The notes beneath the pieces were generated by a model. The model saw nothing but the letters and a program-made list of their open reading frames with translations. It made no database searches and had not been told where the DNA came from. DNA of 47,445 bases from an uncultured Coxiellaceae bacterium. GTDB taxonomy: Bacteria; Pseudomonadota; Gammaproteobacteria; UBA9339. The DNA lies in assembly GCA_964614705.1 (NCBI GenBank), contig CAZTPH010000001.1, positions 1 through 47,445 of the forward strand. Direction: 5' to 3'. Position 1 is the first letter of the stretch. Each line of letters begins with the position of its first letter. A program made the position numbers and the translations under genes. This document shows, in pieces, positions 1 to 8,367 of this stretch.

Positions 1-51
1 CGCCAAAAGGCAGAAGTAAATTTAGACTCGCTTTACACAGTTTCTTTACAT

Positions 52-915
52 TTGCCGACTCATTCACTAATTATAGCTAACAAAGGCGCTACTTTATTTT
101 GTCTATCGCCCCTAAGCAAAACACCATATATTACTAGACATATAGGATGTGCTATATATCGGCCAAAATTGGGTGTTGAATTTGTTAATATTGGCTTGGT
201 TGGCAACATCTACGATGGAAAGGTAGTACTTAGGTCTGAGTCTGCTTGTACACCTTCTTTTATCTTCGGTTCACAAAGGTGTAACTGTGCTCATCAGTGG
301 GATAGCATCAAAGAGGTGGCGGCTAGAATCAACCAAGTGTCTGTTCCAAAAGATCTAGGCGAAGATGATTTTGAAAAGTGGGTACAAAAGCAATTTATCA
401 ACGATGGGATGAAGCATTATCCATTACATAATGGCCGTGGATTGATTTTAATGCATATTGATACGCAAAATGGTATGGGTAGCGGATTTACTGCTGAAAG
501 ATTTGCTTTTGATCTATTTACGGTATCTTCACTTAGGCACCGAGGTGAGTACTCTGCTGAACAAATTCATGACAGAACTATGTTAGAGGGATTTAAGGCA
601 ATTGGGGTTAATCCTGATCCTAGATCGGAACAAGATAATATCGGGTACAAAGTTACTCATATTCTATTAGATTGGTTAGATTGTAACAAAAAATTGATGG
701 TATTATCCAACAATCCCAAGAAAATTTCGATGCTGAAACAGCATGGATATACAGTTGATCGTATAAAAACGCTTGGTGAAATAAATAAAGCAGGAGGTAG
801 GGAGGCAAAACAGCGTGGTAGTGAATTTTTACATTGGGATATTAATGAAGAAGAGGTTTCTTTTCAAGATGAAGTGGAGCGATTGATAGAGGAAATAGAT
901 CAGATCTCTAATTAA
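52..915 (+). CDS. GTP cyclohydrolase II (RibA) family protein, divergent
   Basis: Hand alignment to E. coli RibA: SESAC..FGSQRCNC matches SEC..FSLRCDC (zinc Cys triad), RGLILMH matches RGILLYH, and VLSNNPKK..L...G matches LLTNNPKK. The listed start is TTG and the frame stays open to base 1, so the true start may lie upstream of the window. Confidence 0.7.
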   Translation: MPTHSLIIANKGATLFCLSPLSKTPYITRHIGCAIYRPKLGVEFVNIGLVGNIYDGKVVLRSESACTPSFIFGSQRCNCAHQWDSIKEVAARINQVSVPKDLGEDDFEKWVQKQFINDGMKHYPLHNGRGLILMHIDTQNGMGSGFTAERFAFDLFTVSSLRHRGEYSAEQIHDRTMLEGFKAIGVNPDPRSEQDNIGYKVTHILLDWLDCNKKLMVLSNNPKKISMLKQHGYTVDRIKTLGEINKAGGREAKQRGSEFLHWDINEEEVSFQDEVERLIEEIDQISN

Positions 916-928
916 TTATGAGGCGTTT

Positions 929-1591
929 ATGCTGGTAAAAATTTGTGGTTTGAGCAATGTTATTGATGCAATGACAGCAGTAGATGCTGGGGCAAATGCT
1001 TTAGGGTTTGTGATGGGAGGAAAAGTTTTACCTCCGGAAGTTGAGCCGCATGCCCAGTTAGTAAGAGAGATAATTAAACTACTGCCTAAACATATCGAAA
1101 CATTTGTAGTTACCCATCTGTTAGATCCTACAGATATCTTAGATTTAGCGAATTATGTAAACGCAACTGGAATTCAGATATCTGAAGAGATTGAGACAAA
1201 AGTATTAGAACAGGTGAGAAAAAATACTACTAAAACAATCATCAAAACTTTAATTGTCAAAGATGAAAATTTTGATCGTCTAAGACAATATGAGCAATAT
1301 GCGGATTATATTTTACTTGATTCTCAAGTGGCTGGTTACGTTGGTGGCACGGGTGCTGTTAACAATTGGCAGTTAGCCAAAGAATTAAAATCTGTTGCAA
1401 AAATACCCGTATATTTAGCTGGTGGTTTAAATCCAAAAAATGTTAAAAATGCCATCGAGATTGTACTGCCACATGGAGTTGATGTGTCAACAGGGGTAAG
1501 CACCTATAGTGATAACTATCTGCGCAAAGATAGAAAATCTGAGCTCAAAATTAAGGAGTTTATCAATGTCGCAAAAAGCACCATTACCTAA
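929..1591 (+). CDS. phosphoribosylanthranilate isomerase (TrpF) family protein
   Basis: N-terminal KICGL (catalytic Cys position), LLDS...GGTG, LAGGL and GVDVSTGV motifs are typical of PRAI TIM barrels. The gene starts 13 nt after the upstream gene. No other trp genes are nearby. Confidence 0.75.
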   Translation: MLVKICGLSNVIDAMTAVDAGANALGFVMGGKVLPPEVEPHAQLVREIIKLLPKHIETFVVTHLLDPTDILDLANYVNATGIQISEEIETKVLEQVRKNTTKTIIKTLIVKDENFDRLRQYEQYADYILLDSQVAGYVGGTGAVNNWQLAKELKSVAKIPVYLAGGLNPKNVKNAIEIVLPHGVDVSTGVSTYSDNYLRKDRKSELKIKEFINVAKSTIT

Positions 1592-2849
1592 CAAGTATAA
1601 AAAATCATTAAGTTTGTACAAATCAAGTTTAAAGCATCTAGTACCAGGGGGATCTACTATCAGCAAAAGGCCAGATCTTTACCCATTTAAGGCCTATCCA
1701 ATTTATATTGATAAATGTTTTGGTGCAAAAGTAATAGATATCGACGGTAATTTATATGCCGACTTTCAATCTTCTCTTGGCGCTGTACTGCTAGGTTATA
1801 ACCATAAATATGTTATTAAGGCTATATCCAACCAATTGAAAAAGGGTGTTTTGTTGCCATTATCAAACTCTGATGTGGTTAAACTAGCCGAAAAACTTTG
1901 TTCACTTATACCGGCTGCAGAACGAGTTAGAATTCTAAAAAATGGTTCAGACGCAACTAGCGGAGCGGTAAGAATTGCCAGAGCTTATACTAAGAAAAAT
2001 AAGATATTGGCTTGTCATTATCATGGTTGGCATGATTGGTTTTATATCTCAACCAATATGAATAAGGGAATACCAGACAGTTTAAGATCAGATATTATCT
2101 CTTTTGAATATAACAATCTATCGCAACTAGAAGATTTATTTAGCAAGCACCGCAATCAAATAGCGGCGATTATAATGGAGCCAGCTCATCTTGAAGCTCC
2201 CCAACAAAATTATTTACAAAAAGTGCAAAAAATAGCCCGTAAACATGGTGCTTTACTGATTTTTGACGAAGTGGTAACTGGATTTAGATATGGTATTGGT
2301 GGAGCGCAAGGATATTTTGGAGTCATACCAGATCTAGCGTGTTTTGCTAAAGCTTTAGGTAATGGTTCTCCTATTTCGGCTATCGTTGGCAATGCTAAAA
2401 TTATGGATAACACCAAAGAGGTGGTAACTACCCAAACTTACGCCGAGGATTGTTTGGCTGTGGTTGCCGCTATTGCTACACTTGAAGTTTTATCTTCTGA
2501 ACCTGTGGTAGAATATGTTTGGCAGTTGGGGCAACTCTTTAAAGACGGTTTTAATGAGCTATCTCATAAATACAAAATTCCAGCAGAATGTGTCGGTTTT
2601 CCACCAAGGTTACAAATTAATTTTAATAGTTATCGTAATTTAAGTAGTATTCAACTTAAATCTTTTTTATTACAAGAAACCGCCAGAGACAATATTTTAA
2701 TCGGACATATGATCTTTATAAATTATGCTCACACCAAAAAAGATATTGATTATCTCTTAATGAGTATAGAAAAAATCTTTAAACAGTTGATCAAGATAGA
2801 AAAAAAAGAATTTAATCTTGTTGGAGATTTGATGGTAGAGTTGTGGTAA
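1566..2849 (+). CDS. class III PLP aminotransferase (glutamate-1-semialdehyde aminomutase-like)
   Basis: GSDATSGAV, DEVVTGFR and FAKALGNG (PLP-lysine position) resemble HemL and class III aminotransferases. An AAGGAG Shine-Dalgarno lies 8 nt before ATG 1566. The ORF-track GTG start at 1509 would overlap the upstream gene by 83 nt, so it is disfavoured. Confidence 0.8.
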   Translation: MSQKAPLPNKYKKSLSLYKSSLKHLVPGGSTISKRPDLYPFKAYPIYIDKCFGAKVIDIDGNLYADFQSSLGAVLLGYNHKYVIKAISNQLKKGVLLPLSNSDVVKLAEKLCSLIPAAERVRILKNGSDATSGAVRIARAYTKKNKILACHYHGWHDWFYISTNMNKGIPDSLRSDIISFEYNNLSQLEDLFSKHRNQIAAIIMEPAHLEAPQQNYLQKVQKIARKHGALLIFDEVVTGFRYGIGGAQGYFGVIPDLACFAKALGNGSPISAIVGNAKIMDNTKEVVTTQTYAEDCLAVVAAIATLEVLSSEPVVEYVWQLGQLFKDGFNELSHKYKIPAECVGFPPRLQINFNSYRNLSSIQLKSFLLQETARDNILIGHMIFINYAHTKKDIDYLLMSIEKIFKQLIKIEKKEFNLVGDLMVELW

Positions 2850-3012
2850 CATATAGTTGTTTTCTTGCTTTAAAATTTATTCCACGCGGCTTGTTGGTGA
2901 CAAAGCAATGTGGATATGTTCAAGGTGGAAGAGATGCAGTTTTTCCCCATCGACCGAGCCAGGGGTTCACCCCGAGCGAGGGCAAAAATTGATTAAATAA
3001 TACAATTTTAAT

Positions 3013-5844
3013 ATGTCCAAAATCGCAATTCGTGGTGCGCGCACCCATAATTTAAAAAATATCGACCTTGATCTGCCTCGCGACCAGCTAATTGTTATTA
3101 CTGGGTTGTCTGGTTCGGGGAAGTCTTCGTTGGCTTTCGATACTTTGTACGCAGAGGGTCAGAGGCGTTATGTTGAGTCGCTATCAGCTTACGCTCGGCA
3201 ATTTTTGGCAATTATGGAAAAGCCTGATGTAGATTTAATTGAAGGATTATCTCCTGCAATTGCCATTGAACAAAAGGCTACCTCACATAATCCTCGATCT
3301 ACCGTCGGTACGGTTACAGAGATCTATGATTACTTGCGGCTTTTATATGCGCGCGTTGGCCAGCCTCAATGTCCAGAACACAAGATTATTCTTGAAGCCC
3401 AAAGCATTAGCCAGATGGTGGATAATATCTTAAATTTACCAGAAGACACCAAAGTTATTTTACTTGCGCCGGTAGTGAACGCGCGCAAAGGGGAGCACAA
3501 ACAGCTGCTTTCAGAGCTTGCAGCGAAAGGCTTTGTTAGGGCAAGGATCGATGGTGAGATTGTGGAGCTAGAATCTGTTCCTGAGCTTAGTTTACACAAA
3601 AATCATACCATTGAAGTGGTTGTAGATAGGTTAAAGATTAACTCTAAATTAGCCGGAAGATTAGCAGATTCTTTGGCAACTGCTTTAAGTTTAACTGAGG
3701 GAATAGTCAAAATTTTAATCGATCATGGAGATCATCAAAAAGAGCGAGTTTTCTCTGCTAAACTTGCTTGTCCAATTTGTAACTATAGTTTGGTCGAGCT
3801 TGAACCAAGACTGTTTTCCTTCAATAGTCCAATGGGGGCATGTCCTGAGTGTGATGGTCTTGGAGTAAAGCAAACATTTACTGAAGAAAAGTTAGTAATT
3901 GATCAATCATTAAGTATTGCCGAGGGGGCTATTTGTGGTTGGGATCGACGAAATCCCTATTATTTTTCCATGCTAAATTCATTAGCTAAACATTATAAAT
4001 TTAGTCTTGATGTGCCATTTAAATCTTTACCAGCCAAGATCAAAAAAGTGATCTTCTATGGTAGCAAAGGTGAAGAAATTACTTTTAACTATCAATTTGG
4101 TGGTGAGCGTAAGCTAAGAAAATCACACTCATTTGAAGGCATAATTAACAACTTAGAGCGCCGCTATAAAACCAGTGATTCAGAAACAGTAAAAGAGGAG
4201 CTGGCTAAATATCTCAGTACCAATAATTGCTCTGCATGTGAAGGCAGCAGATTACGCAAAGAGGCAAACCACGTTTTTATCGCCGGGAAAAATATCTCTG
4301 AAATTACTAGATTACCGATTAACCATGCCTTGGAATTTTTTCAAACGCTTAAATTGGCAGGTAATCGCGGCGAGATTGCAGCTAAAATTCTTAAAGAGAT
4401 CGGTGATCGATTGCAGTTTTTATTAAATGTTGGTTTGGATTACTTAAGTTTGAATCGTAGTGCCGAAACTTTGTCTGGTGGAGAAGCACAGCGAATCAGG
4501 CTAGCAAGCCAGCTGGGTTCTGGGCTCGTTGGCGTTATGTATATTTTGGACGAACCAACCATTGGTCTACATCAGCGAGACAATCAAAAATTATTACATG
4601 CGCTAACTAAATTGCGGGATCTAGGTAATACTGTAATCGTTGTGGAGCATGATGAAGAATCGATCCTCATGGCAGATCATTTAGTGGATATTGGGCCAGG
4701 GGCAGGTTTTCATGGTGGACGGGTGGTATTTCAAGGGCCGCCCAAAAAATTATTGGCAAGTGCTAACACATTAACTGGAAAATATTTAACGGGAGCATTA
4801 AAAATAGAGTTGCCCAAAAAGCGAACCCGTTATAATCAAGAACGAGTTATTACTATCTCTGGCGCCAGACAAAACAACTTAAAAAATCTAGAAGTTAAAA
4901 TTCCGATCGGGCTATTGACCTGTGTAACAGGAGTATCTGGCTCAGGAAAATCTAGCTTAATTAACGATATTCTTTATCCGGTTGCGGCAAGACAACTAAA
5001 CAGGGCAGCGTTTAGTACACCGAAAAACTTTCAACAAATAACGGGGCTTGAACATCTAGACAAAGTAGTTGCCATTGATCAAGGGCCGATTGGGAGAACA
5101 CCAAGATCTAATCCAGCAACCTACACCGGAATTTTTACTGAAATTCGCGAACTTTTTGCCCAAACTAAAGAGGCGCGTGCTCGTGGTTATCAAGCCGGTA
5201 GATTTAGCTTTAATGTTGCTGGTGGCAGATGTGAAGCTTGTGGCGGAGATGGTTTGATTAAGGTCGAGATGCATTTTTTACCTGATATATACGTGGTTTG
5301 TGATCAATGTCATGGTAAAAGATATAACCGCGAAACTTTAGAGGTAGAGTATAAAGGAAAAAATATTGCCCAAGTGTTAGCTATGACAGTTGAAGAAGCG
5401 AGTGGTTTTTTTGCCGCTATTCCGGCTTTGGCTAGAAGATTAGCTACTCTAATGGAGGTGGGATTATCTTATATTTCTCTTGGCCAAAGTGCTACTACTC
5501 TTTCGGGTGGTGAGGCACAGCGCATTAAACTATCGAAAGAACTATCAAGGAGAGATACTGGTAAAACTCTTTATATCTTAGATGAACCAACTACCGGCTT
5601 GCATTTTCACGATATTAAACAATTGCTCGGGGTATTGCATAAATTAAGAGATCATGGCAACACGGTAGTAGTCATTGAGCATAATTTAGATGTAATCAAA
5701 ACCGCAGATTGGATTATCGACCTTGGCCCAGATGGGGGTGATGCTGGTGGTAATTTGGTAACTTGTGGCGCGCCAGAACAGGTAGTGAAACATTTGAATT
5801 CTTATACGGGAAAATTTTTAAAGGCGAAATTGGTTGTTTTATGA
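3013..5844 (+). CDS. uvrA: excinuclease ABC subunit A
   Basis: 943 aa with two ABC modules (Walker [10 protein letters not shown] and [14 protein letters not shown] signature twice), CxxC zinc modules and a canonical [18 protein letters not shown]-terminus. Confidence 0.98.
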   Translation: MSKIAIRGARTHNLKNIDLDLPRDQLIVITGLSGSGKSSLAFDTLYAEGQRRYVESLSAYARQFLAIMEKPDVDLIEGLSPAIAIEQKATSHNPRSTVGTVTEIYDYLRLLYARVGQPQCPEHKIILEAQSISQMVDNILNLPEDTKVILLAPVVNARKGEHKQLLSELAAKGFVRARIDGEIVELESVPELSLHKNHTIEVVVDRLKINSKLAGRLADSLATALSLTEGIVKILIDHGDHQKERVFSAKLACPICNYSLVELEPRLFSFNSPMGACPECDGLGVKQTFTEEKLVIDQSLSIAEGAICGWDRRNPYYFSMLNSLAKHYKFSLDVPFKSLPAKIKKVIFYGSKGEEITFNYQFGGERKLRKSHSFEGIINNLERRYKTSDSETVKEELAKYLSTNNCSACEGSRLRKEANHVFIAGKNISEITRLPINHALEFFQTLKLAGNRGEIAAKILKEIGDRLQFLLNVGLDYLSLNRSAETLSGGEAQRIRLASQLGSGLVGVMYILDEPTIGLHQRDNQKLLHALTKLRDLGNTVIVVEHDEESILMADHLVDIGPGAGFHGGRVVFQGPPKKLLASANTLTGKYLTGALKIELPKKRTRYNQERVITISGARQNNLKNLEVKIPIGLLTCVTGVSGSGKSSLINDILYPVAARQLNRAAFSTPKNFQQITGLEHLDKVVAIDQGPIGRTPRSNPATYTGIFTEIRELFAQTKEARARGYQAGRFSFNVAGGRCEACGGDGLIKVEMHFLPDIYVVCDQCHGKRYNRETLEVEYKGKNIAQVLAMTVEEASGFFAAIPALARRLATLMEVGLSYISLGQSATTLSGGEAQRIKLSKELSRRDTGKTLYILDEPTTGLHFHDIKQLLGVLHKLRDHGNTVVVIEHNLDVIKTADWIIDLGPDGGDAGGNLVTCGAPEQVVKHLNSYTGKFLKAKLVVL

Positions 5845-5963
5845 ATCATAATTTTTTACTAAACTAACTTAGGTTAAAGTAGATATTTAAGATTGCAGGC
5901 TGATCAAAGGGATGTATTGCTTAAAAAGTTTAACAACTCACATAGCGGACCTGGTTCCGTATC

Positions 5964-6006
5964 CCGTAATAATTACTGAGGGAATTATTACGGATTGTTT
6001 TTCTTC
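5964..6006 (+). terminator. candidate rho-independent terminator downstream of uvrA
   Basis: An 11-bp perfect stem (ccgtaataatt / aattattacgg at 5964-5974 and 5983-5993) is followed by the T-rich tail attgtttttcttctt. Confidence 0.5.
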
Positions 6007-6173
6007 TTGTAACCATGAATAATTTAATTGCGGTTGTAGTTTTAGGTATTAATTTACTAATCAATATAAAATTGATTTGTTGTAGCAATTAGTAAAGAAG
6101 CTCTACTTTTGCAAGAAAACTATGGTTAGTTAGATGTTTCTAATATTTTATAAACTTTTTAATAGGAGTATTT

Positions 6174-6428
6174 ATGATTACAAAATTACAAAGCAGTGAT
6201 CTCAAAATTGTTACTGGTGCTTTTAATCCTTTTCAAGAAGTGCGCAATGCCTTTAGAACTGTTGTTCATGAACCCCTTGTTCATGCAAACCAACTTGTTA
6301 AACCAGTGGTTGAAAATGGAGTAGTGAGAGATTTAGGTAAAGTGGCTAAGAAATTTTTTGGGAACAGCAGCAGAAAAAACGGTTGCCCTAGTACTGGTAA
6401 TAATTTTGGGGCGAGATGCGAGCTTTAG
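6174..6428 (+). CDS. double-glycine-leader peptide, colicin V / class II microcin-like precursor (84 aa)
   Basis: AGGAG Shine-Dalgarno 7 nt upstream. The leader MITKLQSSDLKIVTGA has L(-12), D(-8), L(-7), V(-4), G(-2), A(-1), matching the GG-leader consensus. The mature part ends C-x10-C-EL. Confidence 0.6.
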   Translation: MITKLQSSDLKIVTGAFNPFQEVRNAFRTVVHEPLVHANQLVKPVVENGVVRDLGKVAKKFFGNSSRKNGCPSTGNNFGARCEL

Positions 6429-6600
6429 AATAAATTATGCCATCTAATGCTTGTAAAAAAGAAAAAAGTTAGAGTTGCTCTGCTTTTGGGCGCATCAGAT
6501 CTTGTGTTAATTAGAGAATGACATAGTCAGGTGTATTAACTGAAGATCAGGTGGTTTTGTGTAAATGGTGTATTCTGATTTTTTAGGGTAGGTGTAACTT

Positions 6601-8328
6601 ATGAGCTATAAAAGTATCACAAAAAAGATAGCACAAAGGAAAAAGTATATATTGTTTTTTGCAGCTCTATTGCCGATGATGTCCGTTTATGCTCAAGAAT
6701 CGCGAATAGAATTAGATGATTCGATCTATATAAAAGGATACAAATGTAAGAGTGAAGGATGTGAACCAATAAATATAGGGGTAGAAGGCGTCTCCTACAT
6801 GTTGTTGCCAGCACAGGGCTATGGAGACGACTTCCTGAGTTTTTATGCCGGCAAGTTAAAACTAGCTAAGGACAACATTAGCAAGGAAAGCCTCTTTAGT
6901 TTTTCTTCGTTGAAAACAGAAGATGGTCTATTACATTATAGCTTACAGAACGTAGATTATGGACGAATAAAAAACAACCATAAAGATAGGTGTTTTATAA
7001 ATGTAATATCTGAGCATCAGTTTCATCTGTTGTTTAGAGAACATGAGTATGATATGCGCCCTTCTTTCTTAAAATACAATGTAGAAAAAAAATTGGCTGC
7101 TTTTGTGGGTTTAGAACCATTGAGAGACGATGATAACCTTTTGGTTGTTAAACCAGTCTATGATTTTTTAAATTTAGATCAAAAAGACATTGATAAAAAA
7201 ACTTGGTTGTTTAAAATTCCCAAGAAAGAGAAGATTTCTAATAAAACTCTTTCTGTTTCCCAAATTCAAGCTTTGTACGCTTTGAAATATGGGGATGATA
7301 GTTCAAAACAATTTGCTGTTGCTCACGAAGATGAGAACTTTATTTATGCTTATACAGATAGTTTATATTATTGCACCCAAGGTTTGTCTATCCAGTCAGT
7401 AGAATCTCAGCTTAAGATATCAGATATAAAACACTTTTATAAAATAATTAAAGATTCATCCGGTAGAATAGAAGAAATTAATAAAATAAACGATGGTCTG
7501 GTTGAGTTAGAAAGAGGTAAAATTTTAACTTTGATTCCTGATTATAGTAACAAGTCACATATTCTCCCTTCATTTGGTGATATAACAATAACTCCTGGAA
7601 AGGGTGGTAAGTACGATAAAAGAGTAGCATTTAAACTGGAAAGATTGCTAGAATCGAAAAATTTGTTTAGACCTGATTATTTTGTAGAATTTGATGGAGA
7701 TGTTATACAAATAATTGATGCTGACAGTGGTTTTTTTACGACAACGTCCGGAAAGGTTGCCTTCCTTGTAAATAAAATGTCTGAAGCAGCGATAGTAGGG
7801 TTTGGAGGACAAGCATATAAAGTTGTTGATCGTTTAGCTGAGGGGATTGAACGGCACGGGAAAGACTTGGAATCTAGCAGTGAAAAAATAAGTGAGTCAT
7901 TAGAAAAAATCTCTGAGCGCATGCAATATAGCGTTGAAGCTTTAAGTAATTCAATTGATTTTGCAATGAAAACTTTCAAAAATACTACCAAATTTATGTC
8001 TAATAAAATGTCAGATGATATGAAACATCATATTCCTATCATTTTAAAAAGTCTTAAGGAAGCTAACACATTACTTGGAAACAATCTTAAAGAGGTTTCG
8101 AAAACTCTAAGCGAAGGGGCGCGTGACGCCATGGAAAAAGCGGGAAAATCTTTTGAGAATGCATTTGAAGAGTTATCAACAGCATTAAAAGATTCCTCTG
8201 GTAATATGAGTGAGGCAGTAATAATAGCCTCAAAAAACATTAAAGAAGCGATGAACGAAGTAAAAGAAGGGTTGGGTAATATAGATATCCAACATCGTTG
8301 GTCTATTTGGAATCTATTTGGATTCTAA
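6601..8328 (+). CDS. hypothetical exported protein with a C-terminal amphipathic-helix repeat region (575 aa)
   Basis: Sec-type signal peptide (KKIAQRKKYILFFAALLPMMSVYA|QE). The last ~170 aa are low-complexity, Ser/Lys/Glu-rich helical repeats (EKISESLEKISERM..., LKEVSKTLSEGARDAMEKAGKSFENAFEELSTALKD). I recognise no family. Confidence 0.7.
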   Translation: MSYKSITKKIAQRKKYILFFAALLPMMSVYAQESRIELDDSIYIKGYKCKSEGCEPINIGVEGVSYMLLPAQGYGDDFLSFYAGKLKLAKDNISKESLFSFSSLKTEDGLLHYSLQNVDYGRIKNNHKDRCFINVISEHQFHLLFREHEYDMRPSFLKYNVEKKLAAFVGLEPLRDDDNLLVVKPVYDFLNLDQKDIDKKTWLFKIPKKEKISNKTLSVSQIQALYALKYGDDSSKQFAVAHEDENFIYAYTDSLYYCTQGLSIQSVESQLKISDIKHFYKIIKDSSGRIEEINKINDGLVELERGKILTLIPDYSNKSHILPSFGDITITPGKGGKYDKRVAFKLERLLESKNLFRPDYFVEFDGDVIQIIDADSGFFTTTSGKVAFLVNKMSEAAIVGFGGQAYKVVDRLAEGIERHGKDLESSSEKISESLEKISERMQYSVEALSNSIDFAMKTFKNTTKFMSNKMSDDMKHHIPIILKSLKEANTLLGNNLKEVSKTLSEGARDAMEKAGKSFENAFEELSTALKDSSGNMSEAVIIASKNIKEAMNEVKEGLGNIDIQHRWSIWNLFGF

Positions 8329-8367
8329 TAAGCCAAAAATTTTAAAACAGCATGGGGATAAGTAAAA

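Noticed and set aside
2960-2980. tRNA-like T-arm impression from ggggttcacccc, and from ggttcagtcacccc at 29714-29727.
   Set aside because: No acceptor stem, anticodon arm or D-arm can be built around them. They are simple 4-bp hairpins.
8290-8328. The C-terminal ...WSIWNLFGF of the 575-aa protein considered as an outer-membrane beta-barrel targeting signal.
   Set aside because: The preceding ~170 residues are clearly helical and amphipathic, not alternating beta-strand sequence. A terminal Phe alone is not sufficient.
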